Assembly: GCA_902623975.1 (NCBI GenBank)
Contig: CACNVR010000001.1
Coordinates: 51,965 to 115,964 of the forward strand
Reading direction: 5' to 3'
DNA: 64,000 nucleotides
Origin: an uncultured Pelagibacteraceae bacterium
GTDB lineage: Bacteria > Pseudomonadota > Alphaproteobacteria > Pelagibacterales > Pelagibacteraceae
Shown here: positions 22,747-33,080 of the stretch, piece after piece
Layout: every line of letters starts with the position of its first letter
Position numbering within the stretch: position 1 is the stretch's first letter
Position numbers and translations under genes: made by a program
Notes under the pieces: generated by a model
Database searches by the model: none
Seen by the model: only the letters and a program-made list of their open reading frames with translations
Told to the model about the DNA's origin: nothing

Positions 22747-23286
22747 TTAATGATCTTTTTCAGTTAAGATATAATCAAGTTTAATATCATATTTATTTAC
22801 TGGAACTTTCTTAACTTTTTGAAATGAATAAGCCAACCCAATGGTTATAACTTTTTTAATTTTTGTAATTTTTTTTATATACCTGTCATAAAATCCACCA
22901 CCATAACCTAACCTATTAAAATTTTTATCGAATGCTACAAGAGGAACAAGTAAAATATTTGGATACAGAATTTTATTAGAAATCGGCTCTGGAATTCCAA
23001 ACTTATTTGTAATTAATGGATCCCTTAAAGACCAATGAAAAAAATTCATTTCAGAATTTTTTTTTATCTTAGGTAATGAAATTGAATATTTTTTTTTTTC
23101 CAAATCTTCTAAAATGTTCATTATATTAATTTCCTTATTATATGGAAAATAACCTCCAACAATTTTACCACTGATATTATCTTTTTTTAGAATTCTAAAT
23201 AAATATTGAGAATTAATTTTTAAATTTTCTGAGTAATTTTGTTTTCGGATTTTGATTATTTTTTTTCTAATTTCAAATTTATTCAC
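22747..23286 (-). CDS. ygfA: 5-formyltetrahydrofolate cyclo-ligase
   Basis: FGIPEP, LVPLVAFD, RLGYGGGFYDR; GTG start. Confidence 0.95.
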   Translation of the reverse strand: MNKFEIRKKIIKIRKQNYSENLKINSQYLFRILKKDNISGKIVGGYFPYNKEINIMNILEDLEKKKYSISLPKIKKNSEMNFFHWSLRDPLITNKFGIPEPISNKILYPNILLVPLVAFDKNFNRLGYGGGFYDRYIKKITKIKKVITIGLAYSFQKVKKVPVNKYDIKLDYILTEKDH

Positions 23287-23294
23287 AAATATTT

Positions 23295-23738
23295 TTAAGA
23301 TAGGTTATCTAAATTTGCTTTTTCAACAAAATTTGAAATTTCATTTGCTGCTTCATCAATTAATTTTTCGTAGTTTTTTTGATTAGTTTGAATTTCATTT
23401 TTTAATTTATAATGATTTTGATTTAATTCATTAATCTCTTTTTCCTTTTTGTCTTTATATTCGTAAATTAAAGACTTAAGTTCTCTGAACTTATTAGAGA
23501 GATCTTTTAATTCACTCTTTTTTTGATCAACTTTTTTTTTTGTCTCATAATATTCATCCATCACCTTGACAGCAGTTATTAATAAAAGTTTGTTTTCTCC
23601 TAAATTTCCTAAATCATTTTTTAGATTATTAAATTTTTGATTAATTTGTATTAATAGTTCCTCTAGGTGCTCCTCTTGACCATCCTCACAAGATAATAAA
23701 AAATCTTTACCATTAAATTTAATACTTACGTTTGCCAT
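23295..23738 (-). CDS. zapA: Cell division protein ZapA with long C-terminal coiled coil
   Basis: VSIKFNGKDF.LSCEDGQEEHL, LLLITAV..MDE; canonical position upstream of ygfA. Confidence 0.88.
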   Translation of the reverse strand: MANVSIKFNGKDFLLSCEDGQEEHLEELLIQINQKFNNLKNDLGNLGENKLLLITAVKVMDEYYETKKKVDQKKSELKDLSNKFRELKSLIYEYKDKKEKEINELNQNHYKLKNEIQTNQKNYEKLIDEAANEISNFVEKANLDNLS

Positions 23739-24049
23739 TTATCAATCTCATCCAATAAATTATCTGTTTCTTGATTTAATTCATCAATTTTTTCTGAAAA
23801 CTCTTTTTGTCTTTTAAATTCAATTTTTTCCTGATTCTGCAAATCATCAATTTTTTTACTGAGATCATTATAATCGTCTAATAAATTTTTGTATTTTTCC
23901 TCTAGTTCCTGCTTTTCAATTTCTAATTGATTTTTATGTAAAGTTAAATTTTCAATGTTTTTTTTTATATCTGGATTTTGAAAGTTTAAATTTTTTAATC
24001 TTGTTAGGGCTAAATTAAGTTTTTTTTCTTTTTCAGTAACAGAATTCAT
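23726..24049 (-). CDS. Small coiled-coil protein upstream of zapA (ZapB/DUF4164-like position)
   Basis: 107 aa heptad-rich E/K/L/N sequence; overlaps zapA; divergent from tkt. Confidence 0.7.
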   Translation of the reverse strand: MNSVTEKEKKLNLALTRLKNLNFQNPDIKKNIENLTLHKNQLEIEKQELEEKYKNLLDDYNDLSKKIDDLQNQEKIEFKRQKEFSEKIDELNQETDNLLDEIDKWQT

Positions 24050-24103
24050 ATATATATTTATATTATTAAATAGAATCTTCTTAGTCTAGACAGGATAATT
24101 TTT

Positions 24104-26107
24104 TTGAGCAAACAATATAGAGAATTAGCTAATTGTATAAGATTTTTGTCCATTGATGCTGTTCAAAAAGCCAATTCAGGACATCCAGGAATGCCGATGG
24201 GCATGGCCGATGTAGTGACAGTTTTGTTTAAAGATTTTTTAAATTTTAATCCAAAAAACCCTAGTTGGATAAATAGAGATAGATTTGTTCTCTCAGCAGG
24301 ACATGGATCAATGCTACTTTATTCTCTTCTTTATCTTACTGGCTTCAAAAGTATTTCTTTAAATGATATAAAAAATTTTAGACAGCTAGACTCGATTTGT
24401 GCTGGCCATCCTGAATACCACCCAAATACTGGAATAGAAACAACCACTGGACCTTTGGGGCAAGGGATATCAAATGCAGTTGGTTTTGCAATTTCAGAAG
24501 AAATTTTAAAAAAACAAGTTGGGAAAAAAATAATTGATCATAAGACCTATGTCTTAGCTGGCGATGGGTGTTTAATGGAAGGGATTAGTCATGAAGCTTT
24601 AAGTCTTGCAGGACACCTAAAGTTAAAAAATCTTATTTTACTTTTTGATAATAATTCTATTTCAATTGACGGTCCAACTAGCTTAGCAGTTTCGGATGAT
24701 CATGAAAAAAGATTTAAAAGCTATGGATGGGATTATCTTAAAATAAACGGTCATAACTTTAAAGAAATATCAAATGCTCTTAAAAAAGCACAAAAATCAA
24801 AAAAACCTATTGCAATCTCGTGTAAGACAACGATCGGTTATGGGTCTCCTAATAAAAGTGGTAAAGCCTCATCACATGGAAGTCCATTAGGAAGTGAAGA
24901 AATAAAGTTAGTCAGAAAAAAACTTGATTGGAATTATGGAGTTTTTGAAATTCCAAAAAAACTAAATGAGGAATGGAAATCAATTGGTGTTAAGGCATCA
25001 AAAAAAGCTGAGAAACATGAAAAAATTTATATCAATGAAATCAAGAAATTAGGATGGCTAGGGTGGTCTATATCTAATAAATTCAAAAAAGATTTTCCCC
25101 CAAAGTACAATCTATCTAGAAATGCTATTATGGAGTCAATTCAAAAAGCAAAAGTAAATTATTTAAAAACTTTAGAGCCTCTAGCAACAAGAAAATGCTC
25201 TGAAAAATTTTTAGAAATTGTTTCAAAACTTCCAAGTTTAATTGGTGGATCAGCAGATCTAGCTGGGTCAAATAATACAAAAACTAAAAATCATAAGATT
25301 ATAAAACCAAATGATTTTTCAGGAAATTATATCCATTACGGAGTACGAGAACATGCTATGTGTGGTATCATGAATGGTATTTCACTTCATAGTGGATTAA
25401 TTCCATATGGTGGTACCTTTTTAATTTTTAGTGATTATTGTAAACCATCAATCAGATTAGCTGCAATGATGAAACAAAAAGTTATTTACGTTTTTACTCA
25501 TGACTCAATTGGTCTAGGAGAAGACGGTCCTACTCATCAACCAATTGAACAATTAACTAGTTTAAGATCAATTCCTAATTTAAATGTTTTTAGACCTGCT
25601 GATTTTATTGAAACATTTGAGTGTTGGCAAAGCGCTCTTGAAAGTGAAAATACTCCAAGTGTTTTAGCTCTTACTAGACAAGCAAGCAAACCTATTAGAA
25701 TTAAAAATTCTTCTCACAACAAATCATCATTTGGAGCATATGAAATTCTAAGATCTAATGATGATATAAAGATAACAATAATTGCCTCTGGATCCGAATC
25801 AAGTTTAGCTAATGATATTTGTCATAAATTAGCCACAGAGAATATTTATTCAAAAGTAATATCCATGCCTTGTCAGGAACTATTTGATCAACAAAGTGAA
25901 GATTACAAAAATAAAATTTTAACTGAAACTGAACTGATTGTTTCGATAGAGGCCTCTGAGACCCATTATTGGAAAAAGTATACTGGAGCAAAAGGATTAA
26001 ATTTTGGAATTAATGATTTTGGGAAAAGTGCTCCATATAAAGATATCTATAATCATTTTGGATTAAATACAGATAATATAATAAAAAAAATTAAAGAAAG
26101 ATTATGA
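24104..26107 (+). CDS. tkt: Transketolase
   Basis: [57 protein letters not shown]. Confidence 0.98.
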   Translation: MSKQYRELANCIRFLSIDAVQKANSGHPGMPMGMADVVTVLFKDFLNFNPKNPSWINRDRFVLSAGHGSMLLYSLLYLTGFKSISLNDIKNFRQLDSICAGHPEYHPNTGIETTTGPLGQGISNAVGFAISEEILKKQVGKKIIDHKTYVLAGDGCLMEGISHEALSLAGHLKLKNLILLFDNNSISIDGPTSLAVSDDHEKRFKSYGWDYLKINGHNFKEISNALKKAQKSKKPIAISCKTTIGYGSPNKSGKASSHGSPLGSEEIKLVRKKLDWNYGVFEIPKKLNEEWKSIGVKASKKAEKHEKIYINEIKKLGWLGWSISNKFKKDFPPKYNLSRNAIMESIQKAKVNYLKTLEPLATRKCSEKFLEIVSKLPSLIGGSADLAGSNNTKTKNHKIIKPNDFSGNYIHYGVREHAMCGIMNGISLHSGLIPYGGTFLIFSDYCKPSIRLAAMMKQKVIYVFTHDSIGLGEDGPTHQPIEQLTSLRSIPNLNVFRPADFIETFECWQSALESENTPSVLALTRQASKPIRIKNSSHNKSSFGAYEILRSNDDIKITIIASGSESSLANDICHKLATENIYSKVISMPCQELFDQQSEDYKNKILTETELIVSIEASETHYWKKYTGAKGLNFGINDFGKSAPYKDIYNHFGLNTDNIIKKIKERL

Positions 26108-27105
26108 AAATCAAAATTGGAATAAATGGAATGGGCAGAATTGGTAGAATGATTGTTCGATCTATAATTGAAAAAAATAATAAAAATTTTGAGATTAAAC
26201 ATATAAATAATAGAACTAATGCTGAAGCTTGTTCGGCTTTATTAAGATATGACTCAATTCATGGAAAATTTAATGCAGACATAGGTTTTGATGAGAAGCA
26301 TTTAATCATCAACAAAAAAAAAATTACGTTTAGTCAAGAAACGGATTTAAATAAAATTGATTGGAAAAAATATAATGTAGATTATGTTTTTGAATGTACT
26401 GGTAAATTTAACTCTAAAGAAAAATTGAAACCTCATTTAAATAATGGAGCAAAAAAAATTATTGTTTCAGCCCCTTGCAAAAATGCAGATAAAACTATTG
26501 TATTTGGAGTTAATGAATCAGAATTAAAAAAAAATGATAAAGTAATTTCAGCCGCATCATGTACAACTAATTGTCTTGCCCCAGTGGCATATGTTTTAAA
26601 TGAAAATTTTGTAATTGAAAAAGGCTTTATGACAACGATCCATGCTTTTACAAGTGATCAAAGGATTTTGGATAATTCTCACAAAGATCCTAGAAGGGCT
26701 CGTTCTGCAAGCCAATCTATTGTACCAACTTCAACTGGTGCATCCAAAACAATTGGTGAAATTATTCCATCCTTAAAAGGAAAATTAGAAGGTGTAGCGA
26801 TGAGAGTACCCACTCCAAATGTTTCTTTAGTTGAGCTTGTTTTTTGCACAAAAAAAGATTTAAGTGTTGAAAAAATAAATAAAGCATTTCAAAATTTTAG
26901 TAAAAAAAATAGAATTCTTGAAATTACTAAAGAAAAACTTGTATCCATTGACTTTAATCACAATCCTGCATCATCAATTGTTGACGCAAGTTTAACTAAT
27001 GTTGTTGGGAAAAATATGGGAAAAATTTCTGCTTGGTACGATAATGAATGGGGATTTTCCAATAGAATGTGTGATATAGCAGAATATCTTCATAAGATTT
27101 CTTGA
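26104..27105 (+). CDS. gap: Type I glyceraldehyde-3-phosphate dehydrogenase
   Basis: [10 protein letters not shown], catalytic [28 protein letters not shown]. Confidence 0.97.
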   Translation: MKIKIGINGMGRIGRMIVRSIIEKNNKNFEIKHINNRTNAEACSALLRYDSIHGKFNADIGFDEKHLIINKKKITFSQETDLNKIDWKKYNVDYVFECTGKFNSKEKLKPHLNNGAKKIIVSAPCKNADKTIVFGVNESELKKNDKVISAASCTTNCLAPVAYVLNENFVIEKGFMTTIHAFTSDQRILDNSHKDPRRARSASQSIVPTSTGASKTIGEIIPSLKGKLEGVAMRVPTPNVSLVELVFCTKKDLSVEKINKAFQNFSKKNRILEITKEKLVSIDFNHNPASSIVDASLTNVVGKNMGKISAWYDNEWGFSNRMCDIAEYLHKIS

Positions 27106-28283
27106 TGAAAAGTATTAAAAATTGTGAGAATCTTAATCAAAAAAAAGTTTTATTGAGGTTGGATTTAAATGTTCCCTTAAATAATGGAACCATAACAGAC
27201 GAAACACGAATTAATAAAATATTACCAATTGTTAAATTTTTATTAGATAGTAATTCACAAGTGATAATAATATCTCATGTAGGTCGTCCAAAAGGAAAAG
27301 TAAATAAGGATTTGTCACTTAAACCAATCTGTGAAAACTTAGAGAAGAAAATCAATAAAAAAATTAAGATAATAACAAATAATATTTTTGAATTAAGTAA
27401 AGAAAACCTTTTTAGTGGTCATAATAATCAAATAATTTTTCTTGAAAATATAAGATTCTATGCAGAGGAAGAAACAAATGATGCATCTTTTGCAAAACAT
27501 TTAGCTGGTCTTGCTGATTTGTTTGTTAATGATGCATTTTCTTGTTCTCACAGAGCTCACGCATCTGTAAGCAAAATCACTCAATTTCTTCCCTCGTTTG
27601 CTGGTTTGCAATTAGAAACAGAAATCAATGCACTAAAAAAAGTTACAACTGAAATAAAAAAACCAATTTCTTGTATCATTGGAGGATCAAAAATTTCAAC
27701 AAAAATTGGAGTAATAAAAAATTTAATACCTAAATTCGATAACATCATAATTGTTGGTGGGATGGCTAACAATATAATTAGTTATAAAGGAAACAAAATA
27801 GGTAAATCAATTAAAGAACAAAATTGTGAAAATATAATTAAAGAAATTTTTGAAACGTCAAAAAAATATCATTGTAAAATTACTTATCCATCAGATGTTT
27901 TAGTTGGAAAAAATATGAGTGATAAATCAGAGATCAAGGAATTAGATAACATAAAAGATGACGAGTTAATATTAGATATTGGACCAAAAACGATCAATGA
28001 AATTAAAAACATAATTGAATCAAGCAAAACCGTTCTTTGGAATGGTCCAGCAGGTTATTTTGAAAATCCAAACTTTGCTAATGGAAGTCACGAAATTGCA
28101 AAAACAATTATAAAAAAAAATAAAGATGGATCAATTTATTCAGTTGTTGGAGGTGGAGATACGGTGTCTTTAATTAACAAAATCAGTGCTATAAAAAATT
28201 TTAATTTCGTCTCAACTGCAGGTGGTGCATTTTTGGAATACCTTGAAGGGAAAGAGCTACCTGGTATAAAAGCGTTAAATTGA
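27102..28283 (+). CDS. pgk: Phosphoglycerate kinase (start probably ATG 27105)
   Basis: RLDLNVP, SHVGRP, LENIRF, NDAFSCSHRAHAS, GGSKISTK, WNGP, STAGGAFLEYLEG. Confidence 0.98.
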   Translation: MMKSIKNCENLNQKKVLLRLDLNVPLNNGTITDETRINKILPIVKFLLDSNSQVIIISHVGRPKGKVNKDLSLKPICENLEKKINKKIKIITNNIFELSKENLFSGHNNQIIFLENIRFYAEEETNDASFAKHLAGLADLFVNDAFSCSHRAHASVSKITQFLPSFAGLQLETEINALKKVTTEIKKPISCIIGGSKISTKIGVIKNLIPKFDNIIIVGGMANNIISYKGNKIGKSIKEQNCENIIKEIFETSKKYHCKITYPSDVLVGKNMSDKSEIKELDNIKDDELILDIGPKTINEIKNIIESSKTVLWNGPAGYFENPNFANGSHEIAKTIIKKNKDGSIYSVVGGGDTVSLINKISAIKNFNFVSTAGGAFLEYLEGKELPGIKALN

Positions 28284-28284
28284 A

Positions 28285-29292
28285 ATGTCAGAATTAAATA
28301 AAATCGCGCTTAAAATTTTAGAAAAAGGTAAAGGTATCTTGGCAGCTGATGAGAGCACCGCAACTATGACTAAAAGATTAAGCGGGGTGAATGTTCCATC
28401 AACACCAGAAAATAGATTAATTTTCAGAGAAACTCTATTTAGTGCTACTGGAATGACTGAGTGTATAGGTGGAGTTATTTTGTATGATGAAACTATAAAA
28501 CAAGAAAGCTCAAAAAAAAAAAAAATCCCAGAATTAATTTCGCAAATGGGTTCAGCTCCAGGTATAAAAGTTGATACAGGTGCAAAAATTCTTGCCGGAT
28601 CACCAGATGAAAAAATTACCGAGGGCCTGGACGGATTGAGAGAAAGATTGAAAGAATATTACAACCTAGGTGCAAAGTTTACGAAGTGGAGAGGTGTTTA
28701 TAATATATCTAAAAATTATCCTAGTAAACTTTCAATAGAGTCTAATGCTCATGCATTAGCGAGGTATTCTGCTTTAGTTCAGGAATGTGACATGGTTCCA
28801 ATCGTTGAACCTGAAGTATTAATGGATGGCGATCATTCAGCAACAGACTGTTACCAAAAAACTTCTGACGTAATAAAAAAATGTTTTGAACAACTTATTC
28901 TACATAAAGTAGATTTGAAAGGGATCATACTGAAACCAAATATGATCTTAGCTGGAAGTAGCTCAAAAAATAAGATCTCAAATCAGGAAGTGGCAAAATT
29001 AACTTTGGATTGTTTAGAAAATTCTGTTCCTTCTGAAGTTCCTGGTATTGCCTTTTTGTCAGGAGGACAATCGGAAATAGAAGCAACGGAAAATTTAAAT
29101 TTAATTAATAAATTAAATAAAACTAGTTTCATAATGAGTTATTCTTATGGACGAGCCCTTCAACAGAGTGCTTTAAGATTTTGGTCAAAAGACATCAAGA
29201 ATATAGATGGAACTCAAAAAATTTTTAACCATCGTGCAAAAATGAATTCATTAGCTGCTCAAGGGAAATGGTCTAAAGATCTTGAGATTTAA
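28285..29292 (+). CDS. Class I fructose-bisphosphate aldolase
   Basis: KGILAADES, GIKVDTG, EGLDGL, KWR, PIVEPEV, Schiff-base LKPNM, FLSGGQ, SYGRALQ. Confidence 0.96.
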   Translation: MSELNKIALKILEKGKGILAADESTATMTKRLSGVNVPSTPENRLIFRETLFSATGMTECIGGVILYDETIKQESSKKKKIPELISQMGSAPGIKVDTGAKILAGSPDEKITEGLDGLRERLKEYYNLGAKFTKWRGVYNISKNYPSKLSIESNAHALARYSALVQECDMVPIVEPEVLMDGDHSATDCYQKTSDVIKKCFEQLILHKVDLKGIILKPNMILAGSSSKNKISNQEVAKLTLDCLENSVPSEVPGIAFLSGGQSEIEATENLNLINKLNKTSFIMSYSYGRALQQSALRFWSKDIKNIDGTQKIFNHRAKMNSLAAQGKWSKDLEI

Positions 29293-29896
29293 TAAAAAAA
29301 AATTTATCTATATCATTTCACCATCAAAAATTAATAAATTTTTTTATAATGATCTAGTAAATATTTTTAAGGAAAAAAAAGTAAGTTTTTTTCAACTTAG
29401 ATTAAAAAAGATAAATTACCAAAAAAAATTAATAGTTGGAAAAAAAATTAAAATTATATGTAAAAAATATAATGTTAAATTTATAATAAATGATGATGTT
29501 TATCTTACAAAAAAATTGAATGCAGATGGTTGTCATTTGGGTCAAAAAGATATGAATATTGTTGAAGCAAGAAAACTAATTGGAAACAAGATAATAGGAA
29601 TTACATGTCATAATTCTATTAAACTTGCAAAGGTTGCAATTAAAAATAATGCTGATTATGTGGCCTTTGGCGCTTTTAACTTATCAAAAACTAAAAAAGT
29701 AAAATATAGAGCCTCAATAAATCTATTGAAAAAAGCAAGAAAAATAACAAAAACTTCAATCGTCGCTATTGGAGGAATAAATTCAGAAAATTATAAAAAA
29801 CTACTATTGAACAAAGCTAACTTTTTAGCTATTTCAAGCTACATTTGGAACAATAAGAAACTTAAACCATTAGAAGCAATAAAGTTATTAAAATGA
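29282..29896 (+). CDS. thiE: Thiamine phosphate synthase
   Basis: QLRLK, IINDD, GCHLGQKD, ADYVAFG, VAIGGI. Confidence 0.9.
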   Translation: MRFNKKKFIYIISPSKINKFFYNDLVNIFKEKKVSFFQLRLKKINYQKKLIVGKKIKIICKKYNVKFIINDDVYLTKKLNADGCHLGQKDMNIVEARKLIGNKIIGITCHNSIKLAKVAIKNNADYVAFGAFNLSKTKKVKYRASINLLKKARKITKTSIVAIGGINSENYKKLLLNKANFLAISSYIWNNKKLKPLEAIKLLK

Positions 29897-30453
29897 AAAT
29901 AAATGCAAGTGAAATAAGAGTTGGAATGTTATTAGAGTATAAAAATGATTTATGGCAGGTTTTAAAAACACAACATGTAAAGCCTGGAAAGGGCGGTGCT
30001 TTTGCACAAGTTGAAATGAAAAGTGTAAATAAAAATACAAAATTAAATGAGAGATTTCGATCAAGTGAGTCAGTTGAAAAAGCTTCTTTAGATGAAAATA
30101 ACTTTAATTTTTTATATGAGGATGAAAATAATTATTTTTTTATGGATCCAAAATCTTTCGAGCAGATAGAAATAAAAAAAGAAATAGTTGGTGAAAAAGG
30201 TAAATTGCTGACTGAAAATCTTACGGTAGTTGTAAGTTTTTATAACAATATTGCAATTTCAGTTGATCTTCCTAATCAGGTAAATTGTAAAGTTGAAGTT
30301 ACAGATGTAGCTTTAAAGGGACAAACAGTTTCATCCTCTTATAAACCAGCAACTTTAAGTAATGGATTAAATATTCAAGTTCCTCCTTTTATTGAGGCGG
30401 GAGATGAGATTATCCTAGATACTCGTAAACTTGAATATGTAAAAAAAATTTAA
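29893..30453 (+). CDS. efp: Elongation factor P
   Basis: HVKPGKGGAF, FMDPKSFEQ, YKPATL..G..IQVPPFI. Confidence 0.98.
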   Translation: MKINASEIRVGMLLEYKNDLWQVLKTQHVKPGKGGAFAQVEMKSVNKNTKLNERFRSSESVEKASLDENNFNFLYEDENNYFFMDPKSFEQIEIKKEIVGEKGKLLTENLTVVVSFYNNIAISVDLPNQVNCKVEVTDVALKGQTVSSSYKPATLSNGLNIQVPPFIEAGDEIILDTRKLEYVKKI

Positions 30454-30456
30454 TTT

Positions 30457-31194
30457 ATGAATTCAATTTCTCCAAACTTAAATATCATGATTAAAGCAAG
30501 TGAAAAAGCTTCTAAAATACTTATCAGAGATTTTGGAGAAATAGAAAACTTACAAGTTTCTAAAAAGGGTCCAACTGACTTCGTTACAAATTCAGATTTG
30601 AAGACTGAAAAAATAATTATTGAGGAGCTTAAAAAAGCTAAACCAAATTATTCAATTCTTAGTGAAGAAAATGGAACTGAAAATAACAGAGACAAAGACA
30701 ACACATGGATTATAGATCCTATTGATGGTACAGTTAATTTCTTGCATGGGATACCTCATTTTGCAATATCAATAGCTCTTAGATCTAAAAATGAATTAAT
30801 TTCAGGTTTAATATATGATCCAATTAAAAATGAGATGTTTTATGCTGAAAAAAATAATGGGGCTTTTTTTAACAATCAAAGAATCAGAGTTTCCAAAAAA
30901 AATAATTTAGATGAGTGTTTGTTCTCCACTGGTGAGAAAAATTTTGAAACTGATATTCCATTCAGAAAATCTGGATGTGCAGCGCTAGATATGGCGTATG
31001 TTGCGTCAGGAAGGTATGACGGTTATTTTCAAAATAATTTGAATCTTTGGGATATTGCGGCTGGAATTGTTTTAGTTAAAGAAGCTGGTGGAGTAATTAA
31101 TGAAATTGACCTATCAATCAATAAAAATATAAAAATTATTGCATCAAGTGCCAATATTAATGCAAAATTACTTAAAAAACTCAATAACTTTTAA
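30457..31194 (+). CDS. suhB: Inositol monophosphatase family protein SuhB
   Basis: DFVT..D, SEE, WIIDPIDGTVNF, GCAALD, WDIAAG. Confidence 0.93.
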   Translation: MNSISPNLNIMIKASEKASKILIRDFGEIENLQVSKKGPTDFVTNSDLKTEKIIIEELKKAKPNYSILSEENGTENNRDKDNTWIIDPIDGTVNFLHGIPHFAISIALRSKNELISGLIYDPIKNEMFYAEKNNGAFFNNQRIRVSKKNNLDECLFSTGEKNFETDIPFRKSGCAALDMAYVASGRYDGYFQNNLNLWDIAAGIVLVKEAGGVINEIDLSINKNIKIIASSANINAKLLKKLNNF

Positions 31195-31222
31195 TTGTTT
31201 AAAAAAATTCATTTGTTATAAA
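31195..31222 (+). promoter_or_regulatory. Candidate promoter of rpmE-trcR, possibly leaderless
   Basis: TTGTTT-N16-TATAAA with extended -10 TG; 7 nt to the rpmE ATG; no SD. Confidence 0.45.
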
Positions 31223-31229
31223 TCTCGTC

Positions 31230-31457
31230 ATGAAAAAAAACATCCATCCAAACTATCACAACATCAAAGTTGAAATGACAGATGGTACGCAATTTGAAAC
31301 TCGATCTACATGGGGAAAAGAAGGAGAAGTACTTAAGCTTGAAATTGATCCAAAATCTCATTCTGCTTGGACGGGTGGAAAACAAAAATTAATGGATAAA
31401 GGTAGAATTAGTAAATTCAATAAAAAATTTCAAAATTTTAAATCAGAAAAGAAATAA
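31230..31457 (+). CDS. rpmE: 50S ribosomal protein L31 (Cys-free type)
   Basis: [37 protein letters not shown]. Confidence 0.97.
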   Translation: MKKNIHPNYHNIKVEMTDGTQFETRSTWGKEGEVLKLEIDPKSHSAWTGGKQKLMDKGRISKFNKKFQNFKSEKK

Positions 31458-32024
31458 ATGTCGGACGCACCACTTATGCCAATGGCAACAGCTGTATGGT
31501 TAGTTGAAAATACAACTTTAACATTTAAGCAAATTGCAAATTTTTGTAAATTACATGAAATAGAAGTTCAAGGAATAGCTGATGGTGAAGTTGCAAAAGG
31601 TATCAAAGGTTATAACCCTATTATATCTGGACAACTTTCAAGAGATGAAATTGAATTATCTTCTAAAGATGAAAACAGACCTCTTAAAATTAAAAGCATT
31701 GATATTGAGATTTCTAACTCAGAAACAAAAATAAAAAAATACGTTCCTTTGTCAAAAAGACAAGATAAGCCAGATTCAGCTTTATGGTTATTAAAACAAC
31801 ATAATATTTTAAAAGACTCTCAAATTGCAAAATTAGTTGGAATTACAAAAAATTCTGTCACTTCAATAAGAAATAAAAGTTATTGGAATTACAATAATTT
31901 AAATCCAAAAGATCCTGTTGCTTTAAATTTATTTACCCAAAAAGATTTAATAGAAGCTATAGAAAAAGCAGAAAGACGTATTAAAAGAGAAAAGAGGCAA
32001 AAAGAAAAACTGAAACAATCATAA
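31458..32024 (+). CDS. trcR: DUF1013 family transcription factor TrcR
   Basis: PLMPMATAVWLVENTTLTFKQIA.FC.LH..EV..IADG, YVPLSKRQDKPD, PKDPVAL. Confidence 0.88.
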   Translation: MSDAPLMPMATAVWLVENTTLTFKQIANFCKLHEIEVQGIADGEVAKGIKGYNPIISGQLSRDEIELSSKDENRPLKIKSIDIEISNSETKIKKYVPLSKRQDKPDSALWLLKQHNILKDSQIAKLVGITKNSVTSIRNKSYWNYNNLNPKDPVALNLFTQKDLIEAIEKAERRIKREKRQKEKLKQS

Positions 32025-32089
32025 TGTTTTAATAAAGATGTATAAATTTTATAGACATAAAATTATAAAAGTGTTATTTACTGTTTTTT

Positions 32090-32296
32090 TTGGAGGTGCT
32101 TATTAAAATAGAAGTCAAAGATAATAATGTTGAACAAGCTCTAAGAGTTTTAAAGAGAAAACTTCAGAGAGATGGCTTTTTTAAAGTGATTAAACTAAAA
32201 AATACCTATGAAAAACCATCAGAAAAGAAAAAAAGAATTCTTCAGGAAAATATTAAAAGAGTTAAAAAATTAAATAAACTAAAAAATAGAATTTAG
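32090..32296 (+). CDS. rpsU: 30S ribosomal protein S21 (true start probably ATT at 32102)
   Basis: VKDNNVEQALRVLKRKLQRDG, YEKPSEKK. Confidence 0.96.
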   Translation: MEVLIKIEVKDNNVEQALRVLKRKLQRDGFFKVIKLKNTYEKPSEKKKRILQENIKRVKKLNKLKNRI

Positions 32297-32304
32297 TAAT
32301 CTAT

Positions 32305-32381
<77 letters not shown>

Positions 32382-32385
32382 ATTG

Positions 32386-33078
32386 TCAAAGTTTAAATTT
32401 AGACTTTTTTGAATCAATTAAGAAACCTTTTACTGTATCAGTAGTTAATTTTTGAAACGATTTACCAAATTTTTCTATCTTCTCAATTAAAGAAGGAGGA
32501 ATGGTTATGATATGACATTTGTTTTGTTTTGCTTGAATGTAATTATATGCTTCTCTTGTACTCGCCCATAATATCTCTACATTTTTAAATTTTTTTGCTA
32601 AATGAATACTTTTTTTAAACTCTGGTATTGGATCTTTACCAGCATCTGCCATTCTCCCAGCAAAAATTGAAATTATTAATTTTGTTTTATTGTTGATTAC
32701 TCTCAATATTTGTTTTGTTTGTTTAGCGGTATAAACTGCAGTAATATTTAACTTAATATTTTCTTTATTTAGGGTTTTTATTACTTTGCCGGTAAATTTT
32801 CCCTTTGAGTTGGTCACTGGAACTTTGACATAAACATTATTGCCCCACTTGCTAATCTTTTTACCTTGTAAAATCATGTTTTCTAAGTCATCAGAGAAAA
32901 CCTCACATGAAACAGGTTTATTTGTAATTTTAAGAATTTCTCTTAAATATTTTGAATAATCTTTAGCTCCTGCTTTTCTTACCAAACTTGGGTTGGTTGT
33001 GAAACCTTTAACAATTTTTTTTTTGTTAAAGATTTTGATTAACTTTTTTTCAGCTATATCACAAAAAATTTTAGTCAA
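32386..33078 (-). CDS. tal: Transaldolase / FSA family (short type)
   Basis: KIFCD, GFTTNPSL, Schiff-base YVKVP, NITAVY, ISIFAGRMAD, LWASTRE. Confidence 0.88.
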   Translation of the reverse strand: MTKIFCDIAEKKLIKIFNKKKIVKGFTTNPSLVRKAGAKDYSKYLREILKITNKPVSCEVFSDDLENMILQGKKISKWGNNVYVKVPVTNSKGKFTGKVIKTLNKENIKLNITAVYTAKQTKQILRVINNKTKLIISIFAGRMADAGKDPIPEFKKSIHLAKKFKNVEILWASTREAYNYIQAKQNKCHIITIPPSLIEKIEKFGKSFQKLTTDTVKGFLIDSKKSKFKL

Positions 33079-33080
33079 AT

